64,000 nt of DNA from an uncultured Gaiellaceae bacterium (lineage in GTDB: Bacteria; Actinomycetota; Thermoleophilia; Gaiellales; Gaiellaceae): NCBI GenBank assembly GCA_963802865.1, contig CAWDKB010000010.1, positions 38,731-102,730 of the forward strand, in the 5' to 3' direction. This document shows, piece by piece, positions 47,876-56,887 of the stretch. A program made the translations under genes and the position numbers. Position 1 is the first letter of the stretch, and every line of letters begins with the position of its first letter. The notes under the pieces are model-generated. The model searched no databases. It saw only the letters and a program-made list of their open reading frames with translations, and was not told where the DNA came from.

Positions 47876-48925
47876 CTACAGCAGGTGCCGTCCGAAGTCG
47901 CGCTCGAAGTCGCGCCACACGCTGTGGATGTGCGTTCCGCTGTTCCGGGAGTTGTCGAACTCGAGGACGAAGGTCGGTCCCTGGATCCGGTAGTACTGGG
48001 GGACGCCTGGACGAGTGCTGCCGGCCCAGCCGAAGCGCGTGCGGGCGAGGCCGCCCGCCCGCTCGATCCGCGCGAAGGCGTTGCGGGCCTGCGCCGGTGG
48101 GTGGTTCGCAAGATACGTGCGCACGATCTCGAGCACCCGTCTCTGCCCCGCGGACGGAAGGTCGCGCGTGAGCACGCCGACTCGCTCGAGTGGCCGTACA
48201 TAGGGAGCGTTCTGAGTCAGGTGGTCGGTGAGCGACTCCGTCGAGAACACGACCTGCCTGCGCAACCGGCCATCCAGCAGAAGCACGATCTCGCGGGCCG
48301 CATCCTCCTCGCGCGGCATCGTCCGGTACCCCTGCGCGACGGAACGATACGCGCTCCCCGCACGGGTGGGCCAGGCACCGAGGAAGAACGGCTCAGCGAT
48401 GACGGTGTCCCGGACCACCGTGAAGTTCCGGGAGAGGTGGTGGCCTTCGAGGCGCCAGCCCCACACCTGCGCGCCGGGAGTGCCGAACACGGAAACGAAG
48501 TAGTTGTCGGGGTCGAAGGAGTCGCCGAGGCCCGTGTCCATCCGCTGGAGCACGCCCTGGAGCGCCATGATGTCGAGCGCCTTGCGGTAGCCGGCCGGCG
48601 AGGTGCTGGAGCGCAGCAGGGCGAGCCCGAGCCTGCGTTGCTCGGCCGACACGTCACCGAGCGGGAGGCCGTTGCGCGGCACGGATGCGGGCACGGTCCA
48701 GTGCCAGCGCGTGCGCTCGGGGCCCGAGAACGGGAACGTCGCCTGATCGCGGTGGGCGGCCGACAGCGACGCGAGGAAGGCGCGTGCGGCGGCCTGGACG
48801 GCGGCCGCGTCGTCGGTGGCGGCTCGTGCGGGACGAGCGCCGAGCGCGATGCCGGCCGCGCCGGCGGCTGCGAGCCGAAGGGCGGCAGTGCGCGTGAGTC
48901 GTGGCTCGAGGTGGTCGTCGTTCAC
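47876..48925 (-). CDS. DUF3500 family protein with a Tat-like signal
   Basis: The GTG at 48925 follows GAAGGAGG. Contains RLTRTAALRLAAAGAAGIALG and, near the end, FVLEFDNSRNSGTHIHSVWRD. Confidence 0.7.
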   Translation of the reverse strand: MNDDHLEPRLTRTAALRLAAAGAAGIALGARPARAATDDAAAVQAAARAFLASLSAAHRDQATFPFSGPERTRWHWTVPASVPRNGLPLGDVSAEQRRLGLALLRSSTSPAGYRKALDIMALQGVLQRMDTGLGDSFDPDNYFVSVFGTPGAQVWGWRLEGHHLSRNFTVVRDTVIAEPFFLGAWPTRAGSAYRSVAQGYRTMPREEDAAREIVLLLDGRLRRQVVFSTESLTDHLTQNAPYVRPLERVGVLTRDLPSAGQRRVLEIVRTYLANHPPAQARNAFARIERAGGLARTRFGWAGSTRPGVPQYYRIQGPTFVLEFDNSRNSGTHIHSVWRDFERDFGRHLL

Positions 48926-48984
48926 GTCGGAACCTCCTTCAGAGCTAGCCGTCTCCTCGGAAGCATGCCTGCCGCTCGGCTGGG

Positions 48985-49386
48985 TCAGTCGAGCTCCTCG
49001 AACTGCGGTAGATCGTCCGTGATCTCGAACCACGGTGCCTTCGAGCCGACGAAGATGTGCTGGGTCGGCCGAATGCTCGGAGCATCGACCAGCGACCCCA
49101 GCGCGACGTGCACGTACGCGCCATCGCGCACGACCGAGAAGAGCAGTGAGCCGCACAACCGGCAGCGCGTGTCGTTCAGGTCTTCCCCACCGCGGACCAG
49201 GAGCGAGTCTCCGCCGTCCGTGAGCTCGAGCTTCTCCCGCTCGATGCCGGCGAACGGCTTGAACGCGGAACCGGTTGCGGCGCGACACCGCGAGCAGTGA
49301 CAGTTGGCCGCGTACCGGAACTCGTCCGCGACGCGGTAGCGAACGGCACCGCACTCGCACTTCCCGGCGAGCACGCCGCCGGTCAC
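48985..49386 (-). CDS. GFA family protein
   Basis: Contains [24 protein letters not shown] and RCRLCGS. Its GTG overlaps the upstream stop (GTGA). Confidence 0.8.
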   Translation of the reverse strand: MTGGVLAGKCECGAVRYRVADEFRYAANCHCSRCRAATGSAFKPFAGIEREKLELTDGGDSLLVRGGEDLNDTRCRLCGSLLFSVVRDGAYVHVALGSLVDAPSIRPTQHIFVGSKAPWFEITDDLPQFEELD

Positions 49387-49652
49387 CCGTCGAGCCTCTC
49401 TTCCAGTCGAACGGTGACGGTGTCGCCCGCTTCCTTGCCGATCGCCGTTCGGATCTCGGCCTTGACGGGCAGCTTGTGGCCACCGTCGCCCGTGGCCATG
49501 AAGGAGCTCCGGAACGGATGTCCGTCGATCGTCCCCCGGACCTTCACGAGACCGCCCGTGCCGAAGAACTCGACCGACTCGGGCCAGACGACGCAGGTCC
49601 ACCCACCCTTGCTCGGGCTCTTCTGCAAGGTCGCCGTGAATTGCTCGTCCAT
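49383..49652 (-). CDS. DUF1905 domain protein
   Basis: 89 aa with [32 protein letters not shown]. Confidence 0.7.
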   Translation of the reverse strand: MDEQFTATLQKSPSKGGWTCVVWPESVEFFGTGGLVKVRGTIDGHPFRSSFMATGDGGHKLPVKAEIRTAIGKEAGDTVTVRLEERLDG

Positions 49653-49872
49653 CGTGATCTCCTCCCGCTGGATCGCCTACGAGTTGGACCGGCGCGACGG
49701 CAAGAACTCATCGCCGGCCCCCACGGCATGACGACCCTGACGAGTGATCTTGCGTCTGCGGTCGCTGCCGATACGGGTTCGGTGACCCACGAGACCGGCA
49801 TCTTCACGCGATGGGCCCTTGTTGCTGTGGCCGTAGCGACCGCTGTCCTCGCGCTCGTCATCGCGACGTGAA

Positions 49873-50505
49873 CTAGCGAGCAGCTCGCCACAGGGTCGGG
49901 TGAACGAGAGGCACGCAGCCTTCCCAGCCCGACCGCAGGATCTCCACGAGCGAGGATGGCGTGATCACGGTCCCGGGCTCGCTCTCCCGCGGCATGCGGT
50001 CCGCGTAGCCGGCGGGAGTCCACCGCCCGAGCGCAGATCCAAGGACGATCCAGGGAGCACCGTCGCGCAGCACGAAGGCGCCGTCCGGGAGAGTGTCCAG
50101 GTGCGCCTCGTGGTGGTGCTGCGCCCGCCCGACGGCCGTGAGTCGCTCGGAGTGGAGCCGGGCGTCGATCGCGTCCGCACCGACCTGGTCTGGATGAAGC
50201 TCGCGCCAGAGCTCGCCGAAGCGCACGTAGTCCTCGCGCCGGCAGAGCGCGCAAGGCCGATGTCCCGCGGCGAAGGCGGTCGCCTCGTCGAGGAAGAAGA
50301 GCTCGGTGAACCTCCCAGGCTGAAGTAGCGGCTCGCGGTGCCAGCCGCGAAACTCCAGCCGGCAGGCGATCCAGCGCTTGCCCGCGTATCGGCGGCGGAT
50401 GCGTCCTGTGTCGTCGTGGAGGCAGCCGCGGTTTCCGTACACGAGCCCGCGCGCCGGGTCGGCGATCAGCTCGCCGAGCGGTGTGACCCGATTCTGGAGC
50501 GGCAC
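49873..50505 (-). CDS. conserved hypothetical Cys-containing protein coupled to modC
   Basis: 210-aa ORF with NRGCLHD and HRPCALCRREDY. Its GTG start lies 1 nt after the modC stop. Confidence 0.55.
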   Translation of the reverse strand: MPLQNRVTPLGELIADPARGLVYGNRGCLHDDTGRIRRRYAGKRWIACRLEFRGWHREPLLQPGRFTELFFLDEATAFAAGHRPCALCRREDYVRFGELWRELHPDQVGADAIDARLHSERLTAVGRAQHHHEAHLDTLPDGAFVLRDGAPWIVLGSALGRWTPAGYADRMPRESEPGTVITPSSLVEILRSGWEGCVPLVHPTLWRAAR

Positions 50506-50506
50506 G

Positions 50507-51551
50507 TCAGGCTCGCTGCTCGGGGAGGAGCCGTGCGGCGGTCGCCTTGAAGGAGGCGACGACGACTTCGCCCTCCCTGAGGCCGAGCTTCTCGGCCGAG
50601 GCAGAGGTCACCTCGGCGACGAGCGGCCCGACCCGCACGCGCATCCTGTTCCCGAGCGGCGTGATCGACGTGATCGCGGCCCGCACGTGGTTGACCGCCG
50701 AGTCGTCCGTCTGCTGCCGCGCGAGCAGGACGTCCCACGGGTAGACCGCCAACCCGACACGCCCCGAGCCCGCATCGGTCGTCCACGCGGACAGTCCTCC
50801 GTCGAGGGCGATCTCGGTGAGGCCGTTCCGTGAGCCCGCGACGGTGCCGTGCAGGATGGTGGCGCCGGTGAAGGTCGCGACGAACGGGTCGATCGGCGTG
50901 GCGACGAGGTCGGTCGCGGTACCCGTCTGGAGGATCCGGCCGTCGACGATGACGCCGATCGTGTCCGCGAGCGCAGCAGCATCTTCGAAGTCGTGCGTGA
51001 CGAGGATCGTCGGCAGAGCGAGGTCGCGCAGGTGATGGTGGAGCTCACCGCGCACCGCGGCCTTGGTGTGCGCGTCGAGCGCCGAGAGCGGCTCGTCGAG
51101 GAGGAGCACGCCAGGATCGCGCGCAAGGGCTCGAGCCAGAGCGACACGTTGGCGCTCGCCGCCCGAGAGCTCGCGAGGACGTGCGCGAGCGAGGTGCGCG
51201 ATGCCGAAGCGCTCGAGCATCTCGGCCGCCTTCCCGGAACGGCGCGCGCCGAAGCCGACGTTCGCCGAGACGTCGAGGTGCGGGAACAGCGCGTACTCCT
51301 GGAAGAGGTAGCCGACGCGCCGCTCCTCGGGCGCGAGCGATACCGCTGCGCCCGTGTTCAGCCAGTACTCGTCGTCGAGCGAGACGACCCCCCGCTCGGG
51401 TCGCAGCAGACCGGACACCACCCGCAGCACCGTCGACTTGCCGGCGCCCGACGGGCCGACGAGGGCCAGCGTCTCGGCCTGGCCGGACCGTCAGCTCGAC
51501 CGCGGCGGTGTAGCTGCGAAGGGGATGAGTGAAGTCGACCCAGAGCGCCAT
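50507..51551 (-). pseudogene. modC: molybdate ABC transporter ATP-binding protein, frame interrupted by a 1-nt indel as sequenced
   Basis: MALWVDF..AVELTV is in ORF 51045..51551. GQAETLALVGPSGAGKSTVLRV.., LSGGERQR and the C-terminal TOBE-like domain are in the frame of ORF 50507..51430. The shift is near 51485. Confidence 0.85.
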
Positions 51552-52230
51552 CTGATGAGGAGCTTGACGGTGAGGAGAACGGCCGCGCTCACCACGACGA
51601 GGAGCGCGCCGATCGCGAGGGCGACATCGAAGTCGAGATCGAACTGCTCGTAGATCGCGAGCGACAGCGTCTGCGTCACGCCCTGCAACGAGCCGGCGAA
51701 CATGATCGTCGCACCGAACTCGCCGATCCCGCGCGCGAAGGCGAGCGCGGCGCCTGCCCCGAGCCCCCCTGCCGCGAGCGGGACGGCGATCCTGAAGAAC
51801 ACCTTGCCCGGGCCCTGCGCCGAGCGTGCGCGCGGCCGCGGGCAGCGTCGGCTCGATCGACTCGAACGCCGCGATTGCCGTACGAACGTAGAACGGGACT
51901 CGCGACGAAGGTCACGGCGAGCACGACCGCGACCTTGGTGAACGCGATGTCGATGCCGAGGAACTCGAACGTACCGCCGAGGAGCCCGAGGCGTCCGAAC
52001 GCGGCGAGCAACCCGATCCCGGCCACCGCCGGCGGCAGCACGAGCGGAAGCTCGACGAGCGTTACCGTGACGTCGCGCAGGCGCGAGGCTCTCGTGGCGA
52101 TCCAGTAGGCGGTGGGCGTACCGAAGAGGACGATGAGGAGGAGCGACACGAGGTTCGTCTGCGCGGTGACGATCAACGCGTCGACGACCGCGTCGTCCCC
52201 GAGCGCGGCGACGAGGTCGCCCGGTGGCAC
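51491..52230 (-). pseudogene. modB: molybdate ABC transporter permease, frame interrupted twice as sequenced
   Basis: Three frames are needed: ..FTKVAVVLAVTFVASP, then FYVRTAIAAFESIEPTLPAAARTLGAGPG, then KVFFRIAVPLAAGG..EFGATIMFAG. The shifts are near 51895 and 51810. A conserved first transmembrane helix also lies upstream of the GTG at 52230. Confidence 0.8.
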
Positions 52231-52316
52231 GCGCAGGAAGATCGCCGCGACGGGGAGCAGCAGGAAGGCGAGCGCGATCCCAGTCGCGAGGAGAAGCGTC
52301 GCCCGGAAGACCGTGT

Positions 52317-53069
52317 TTACGACTGCGCCTTCGGAAGCGCGAGGAACCCCGCGTTACGCAGGGCGGCCCGCCCCCGCGCGGACATGAGCGTCCGGATCCA
52401 CGCCTGCGCCGCGGCTTTCCTCGTCGAGCTCGACACGACCGCGATCTCGTACCGCACGCGCGGCTGCGCCCAGGCCGGGATGCGGAGAACCGTCACCTGG
52501 TCGGCGACCGGACGCGCGTCGGTCACATAGACGAAGCCCGCATCCGCCTGACCCAGGGCGACCTTTCCCGTGACCGCCTTCACGTCCGACTCCTGGCTGA
52601 CGACCTTCGACAACACCGACGAGAGGCCCATCTTGCGGAGCACCGTTCGCGTGTACCCGCCGACGGGCACGGCAGGGGCGGCGACGACGAGCTTCACGGG
52701 CTTGCGTCGCAGGTCGTATACGGAGCCAATGCCCGCCGGGTTCGACCTCGGCACGATCAGCGCGAGTCGATTCGCAGTGAACGTGACCGGCCGCTCGACA
52801 TGACCGGACCTGAAGAGCCGCTGAGTGTTCAACGGCGCCGCCGAGGCGAAGATGTCTGCCGGAGCACCCTGCCGAATCTGGGCCTCCAGCGTGTTCGAGC
52901 CGGCGAAGCTGTATCGCGGCGCGGGGTCGAGCTCACGGAAGGCCTCGGTCAGGGAGGCGGCGGCGTAGATCGCGAGCGGCTCCGCCTGCGAGCGGCCCGA
53001 GGTCGCGCCCGCGAGCGCGGCGGCGACCGCGAGTGCGAGTGCGGCAAGCCCTACGCTGAGCCTTCTGAT
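52317..53069 (-). CDS. modA: molybdate ABC transporter substrate-binding protein
   Basis: The frame is open from 53082 and encodes a signal peptide (RRLSVGLAALALAVAAALAGA) and the motif IYAAASLTEAF. The only start-like codon after GGAGGGG is the ATC at 53069. The track ORF begins at an internal TTG (52832). Confidence 0.8.
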   Translation of the reverse strand: MRRLSVGLAALALAVAAALAGATSGRSQAEPLAIYAAASLTEAFRELDPAPRYSFAGSNTLEAQIRQGAPADIFASAAPLNTQRLFRSGHVERPVTFTANRLALIVPRSNPAGIGSVYDLRRKPVKLVVAAPAVPVGGYTRTVLRKMGLSSVLSKVVSQESDVKAVTGKVALGQADAGFVYVTDARPVADQVTVLRIPAWAQPRVRYEIAVVSSSTRKAAAQAWIRTLMSARGRAALRNAGFLALPKAQS

Positions 53070-53081
53070 CGGTGACCCCTC

Positions 53082-53642
53082 CTAGCCGAGATATGCCTCG
53101 AGCGCCGCGCTCGCGGCTTCGAGATCGAGGGCAACAGGGAACGACTCCATCGAGACGGGGGCACCGAGCGCACCGAGCTGTTGTCCGACGCTGGCGGCGA
53201 GGCTCGCGTACAGCACGCGGTAGCTCGGCTCCGAGATCGCAGCCAGCGCACTCTGGTACGCACCCAGGAGCGGCCGGAGCACTCCGACGCCGGTCTTCCG
53301 GACGGATGCGTCGCTCGCGAAGGTCCCGTTCGGCCATTCGAACGCGAAGTCCTCGGCGGCTGGCGCCGTGTCCCCGGCACCGACGAGCAGGTCGGTCAGA
53401 GCGCGCGCATGTTGCCTCGCTGCCACCCGTCCGCGGCGCAGGACCCCACCGCTCGTGGCCGTGACGACCTTTGAATCGAGCGCCGACGCATAGAGGTCGG
53501 CCAGGAGAAGCTCGCCGGCGACACCGAAGTTCGCGTAGGCGAGCTCGTCGTCCGTCGCAGCACCCGCCGCCGCGACCCACGACCCGGCGAGGGTGAGTGT
53601 CCCTGCGCCCAGCGTCCCGGCCAGAAAGCCACGTCGATCCAT
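53082..53642 (-). CDS. Tat-signal ferritin-like domain protein
   Basis: Contains MDRRGFLAG (twin-arginine) and DELAYANFGVAGELLLADLY, a ferritin-like helix pattern. Confidence 0.6.
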   Translation of the reverse strand: MDRRGFLAGTLGAGTLTLAGSWVAAAGAATDDELAYANFGVAGELLLADLYASALDSKVVTATSGGVLRRGRVAARQHARALTDLLVGAGDTAPAAEDFAFEWPNGTFASDASVRKTGVGVLRPLLGAYQSALAAISEPSYRVLYASLAASVGQQLGALGAPVSMESFPVALDLEAASAALEAYLG

Positions 53643-53666
53643 GCCACGAGGTACGCTAACACGCCG

Positions 53667-53685
53667 GTAGTTATTAGTCGACTAC
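53667..53685. promoter_or_regulatory. inverted repeat GTAGT-N9-ACTAC (contains AGTCGACT) in an AT-rich divergent promoter region
   Basis: Read directly from the sequence. It lies 16 nt upstream of the PadR-TrmO start. Confidence 0.25.
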
Positions 53686-53700
53686 TCGGAGGATCTTCCA

Positions 53701-54750
53701 TTGAGCCGTCCCACACGCACCGACCCGTCGCTCCAGGAGTGGGCAGCTCTCGGGGTGCTCTGCGAATCGCCGGCGCACGGCTGGGCCGTCGCTGGAGAGC
53801 TGAGCCCAACGGGGGCGATCGGGCGCGTGTACTCGTGCACGCGACCCCTCACCTACCGCGCACTCGCCCAGCTCCGCGAGGCGGGGCTCACCGAGGTTCG
53901 CGAGACGAGCCCGAGCGACGCCGGGCCCGCGCGGACGATCCTGGGCGCGACGCGACGAGGGCGCTCGGCGTTCTCACGTTGGAGGGGCCGTGTCGTCGAG
54001 CACGTGCGGGACGTGCGCTCCGAGCTCATGCTGAAGCTGCTCTTCCACGACCGCGCAGGGGTCGACCCGACCCCGCTCCTGGTCGAGCAGGCGGCCGTGC
54101 TCGCACGAACCGAGCGTGCGCTGGAGGCGCAGCTCGCTTCGTCGTCCAGCTTCGACCGGACGCTCGCGCTCTGGCGGCTCTCGTCCGGGCGCGCAGCGCT
54201 CGCGTTCGTCGAGGCGCTGCTCGAGCACCGCGCGACGGAGCCGGTTGTCTACCGACCGATCGGCTACGTCGTGTCGGCCCACACGGCGCTCGACGGGATG
54301 CCCTTGCAACCGATCGCCGACCAAGGCCATGTGTCGACCATCGAGATCTCCGAGCCGCATCGAGGCTGTCTCGCGGACCTCGACGGCTTCTCGCACCTTT
54401 GGCTGCTGGCGCACCTGCACGAGTCGCTCGGGTGGGGAGATACGGTCGACCCGTTCCTCGACGACCAGCCGCGCGGGACATTCGCTACGCGCTCGCCGCA
54501 CCGCCCGAATCCCATTGCGCTCTCGCTCGCCCGCATCGTCGCGGTCGGCCCTGCGTCGGTCTCGGTCGACGGGATCGACCTCCTCGACGGGACGCCCGTG
54601 CTCGACCTCAAGCCGTTCGTCCCGCTCTTCGACACGCCACAGGCGCCCGTCCGCGCGGGCTGGTTCGAGGAACGCGCCGCCCGCGTGTTCGAACGATCCT
54701 CCGACGACCGTTTCGCCCTGCGTAGCCGGCGGGTGGAAAATGGTGGCTAG
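53701..54750 (+). CDS. PadR-like winged-helix domain fused to a TsaA/TrmO (YaeB) domain
   Basis: N-terminus: EWAALGVLCESPAHGWAV..RPLTYRALAQLREAGL. C-terminus: FSHLWLLAHLH, GTFATRSPHRPNPIALS and DGTPVLDLKPFVPLFD. Confidence 0.85.
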   Translation: MSRPTRTDPSLQEWAALGVLCESPAHGWAVAGELSPTGAIGRVYSCTRPLTYRALAQLREAGLTEVRETSPSDAGPARTILGATRRGRSAFSRWRGRVVEHVRDVRSELMLKLLFHDRAGVDPTPLLVEQAAVLARTERALEAQLASSSSFDRTLALWRLSSGRAALAFVEALLEHRATEPVVYRPIGYVVSAHTALDGMPLQPIADQGHVSTIEISEPHRGCLADLDGFSHLWLLAHLHESLGWGDTVDPFLDDQPRGTFATRSPHRPNPIALSLARIVAVGPASVSVDGIDLLDGTPVLDLKPFVPLFDTPQAPVRAGWFEERAARVFERSSDDRFALRSRRVENGG

Positions 54751-55028
54751 TGGCGAAGACGTGCACCCACCTGGAGACGATCGCGGTGCGCGAGCTGCCG
54801 CCTCGTCCGCTCGCCTGCGAGGAATGCGAGAAGACGGGGAGCACCTGGATGCATCTGCGGATGTGCCTCTCGTGCGGGAAGATCGGCTGCTGCGACAACT
54901 CACCGAACAGGCACGCGACGGCGCACTTCCAGGAGACAGGGCATCCGCTGATCCGCTCGGCCGAGCCGTACGAGGGATGGTCGTGGTGCTACGTCGACGA
55001 GATGCAGCTGTTCCGGCTGACGGACTAG
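54750..55028 (+). CDS. UBP-type zinc finger (zf-UBP) protein
   Basis: 92 aa with CTH, CEEC, LRMCLSCGKIGCCD, NRHATAHF and GHPL. Its GTG overlaps the upstream TAG by 1 nt. Confidence 0.8.
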   Translation: MAKTCTHLETIAVRELPPRPLACEECEKTGSTWMHLRMCLSCGKIGCCDNSPNRHATAHFQETGHPLIRSAEPYEGWSWCYVDEMQLFRLTD

Positions 55029-55037
55029 TCTGGCGCG

Positions 55038-55733
55038 ATGGCGCAGGCGCGCGAGCTCGTCCCGGTCCTCGTGGACTCGGCGCTGGCGCTCGAGGAGGTT
55101 CGGATCGCGTCGGGCGACTCCCTCTCGGTGACGGACTCGGACCGGGACACGCTCGTCTACGTCGTCGACGGCTCGGGGTCGCTCGCGCTGGACGGCTCGA
55201 CTGCTGAGGAACTCGACCGAGGAGATGCAGGACTCGTCCTGGCGGCGGAGGCAGCGCGAATCGATGCGGCCGAGGACGAGCTGCTGCTGCTCGTCGCGAG
55301 CGTCGGGGCGGATGCCGACCGGCATGCACTACTCGGCGCGCGCGAAACGGTTTCGCGCGGCGGCGGAGCGGGCGCGGAGAAAGCGACGGGCGCGCGTTCG
55401 TTCCAGATCCTGCTCGGCCCCCACAACGGCTCGACACGCGCGACCCTCTTCGCCGGCTTCGTCCCGTCCGGGAAGGCTCCCTGGCACTACCACCTCTACG
55501 ACGAGATCGTGTGGGTGGCGGACGGCCGCGCGCGTCTGCACATCGGCAAGACCGCCGAGGAGCTCGGCGCGGGGTCCGCGTTCCGCCTCCGCCCGCGCCA
55601 GGTTCACATCGTCGAGAACCTGAGCGAGAAGGACGAGCTGACGGTGATCGGGATCTTCACGCCTGCGGGAAGCCCGTCCGCCGCCTATCTGACTCCGGAC
55701 GTCGCCGCCGAGTACCGATTCGCCGGCGAGTGA
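55038..55733 (+). CDS. bicupin protein
   Basis: It has two cupin-like modules. The second contains WHYHLYDEIVWVADGRARL and HIVEN. Confidence 0.75.
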   Translation: MAQARELVPVLVDSALALEEVRIASGDSLSVTDSDRDTLVYVVDGSGSLALDGSTAEELDRGDAGLVLAAEAARIDAAEDELLLLVASVGADADRHALLGARETVSRGGGAGAEKATGARSFQILLGPHNGSTRATLFAGFVPSGKAPWHYHLYDEIVWVADGRARLHIGKTAEELGAGSAFRLRPRQVHIVENLSEKDELTVIGIFTPAGSPSAAYLTPDVAAEYRFAGE

Positions 55734-56887
55734 GCCGGCTGCACCCGTTCTGGACGCTCGTCTGGATCAGGGTCGCGTTCCTGCTCGGAACCGCGGCAAC
55801 CCTTCTCTGGGCGCCTGCCTCCGGGGATGCGCTTCCCGGAATCGGAGCCTGGGACCCGGTGACGGACCTCGTCTTCGGCACCTTCGCCCACTGGGACGCC
55901 GAGTGGTTCCACCGGATCGCCGAGAACGGCTACGACGAGGTCTCGGCTGCGTTCTTCCCCCTCTATCCCGCACTGCTCTGGCTCGTGAGCTCGTCACTCG
56001 TGTGGGGAACGCTGATCTCGCTCGTCGCAGCGGGACTCGGCGCCTGGTGCGTCTACGAGATCGCGCGAGAGAAGCTCGGACCGGAGGGTGCGCACGACAC
56101 GGTCCTCGTCCTGGCCCTCTTCCCGACGGCCTTCGTCTTCACCGCGCTCTACTCGGACGGGCTGTTCCTGCTGTTCTCGGCAGCATCGTTCCTCGCGGCC
56201 GAGCGCGGGCGGCCGTGGCTCGCCGGCCTCGCCGGCGCGCTGGCCGTCGCGTCGCGCTCGATGGGCCTCGCGCTCCTCCCCGCGCTCGTCTACCTCCTGT
56301 GGCCGCGGAGGCGCAGAGAGCTCTGGCGCCTGGCGCCGCTGCTCCTGCTCCCGGCAGCGCTCGGGCTGTACGCGTTCTACCTCGACCGCGAGGTCGGCGA
56401 CGCGTTCGCGTTCACGGATGCGCAGGCGTCCGGCTGGGAGCGCGAACTCGCGACGCTCGGCCCTCTCGGCGGGCTCTGGATGGCCGTCGAGGCCGGAGGC
56501 CACGGCGCGCTCGAGATCCTGCGCGATCTCCCGCGAACCGGAGCCGGGATCGAGTACTCGCAGCCGCTCCAGGTCTCGTTCTGGAACGCCGCGCACCTCC
56601 TCGTCCTCGTCCCGGTCGCATGGTTGACCTGGGTGGCCTGGCGCCGGCTCGGGCCGGCGCTCGGTCTGTACGCGGTCGCGACGTTGCTGGTGATCCTGAG
56701 CGTCCCGTCGGAGGGGTTCCCGCTCGTGAGCATGCCTCGCTTCGTTCTCACCGACTTCCCCGTGCTCATCGCGCTCGCCGCGGTGATCCGGGAACGACCG
56801 CGCCTCCGCACGAGCGTGCTGGTCGGGCTGGGCGCGCTGAGCGCGGCCGCCGGCGTCGCGTTCTCGCGCGAGGTGTGGATCGCATGA
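55730..56887 (+). CDS. integral membrane mannosyltransferase-like protein (PIG-V/GT-C-like)
   Basis: Its GTG overlaps the upstream stop (GTGA). Contains FAHWDAEWFHRIAENGY and FFPLYPALLW, and about 9 transmembrane helices. Confidence 0.7.
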   Translation: MSRLHPFWTLVWIRVAFLLGTAATLLWAPASGDALPGIGAWDPVTDLVFGTFAHWDAEWFHRIAENGYDEVSAAFFPLYPALLWLVSSSLVWGTLISLVAAGLGAWCVYEIAREKLGPEGAHDTVLVLALFPTAFVFTALYSDGLFLLFSAASFLAAERGRPWLAGLAGALAVASRSMGLALLPALVYLLWPRRRRELWRLAPLLLLPAALGLYAFYLDREVGDAFAFTDAQASGWERELATLGPLGGLWMAVEAGGHGALEILRDLPRTGAGIEYSQPLQVSFWNAAHLLVLVPVAWLTWVAWRRLGPALGLYAVATLLVILSVPSEGFPLVSMPRFVLTDFPVLIALAAVIRERPRLRTSVLVGLGALSAAAGVAFSREVWIA

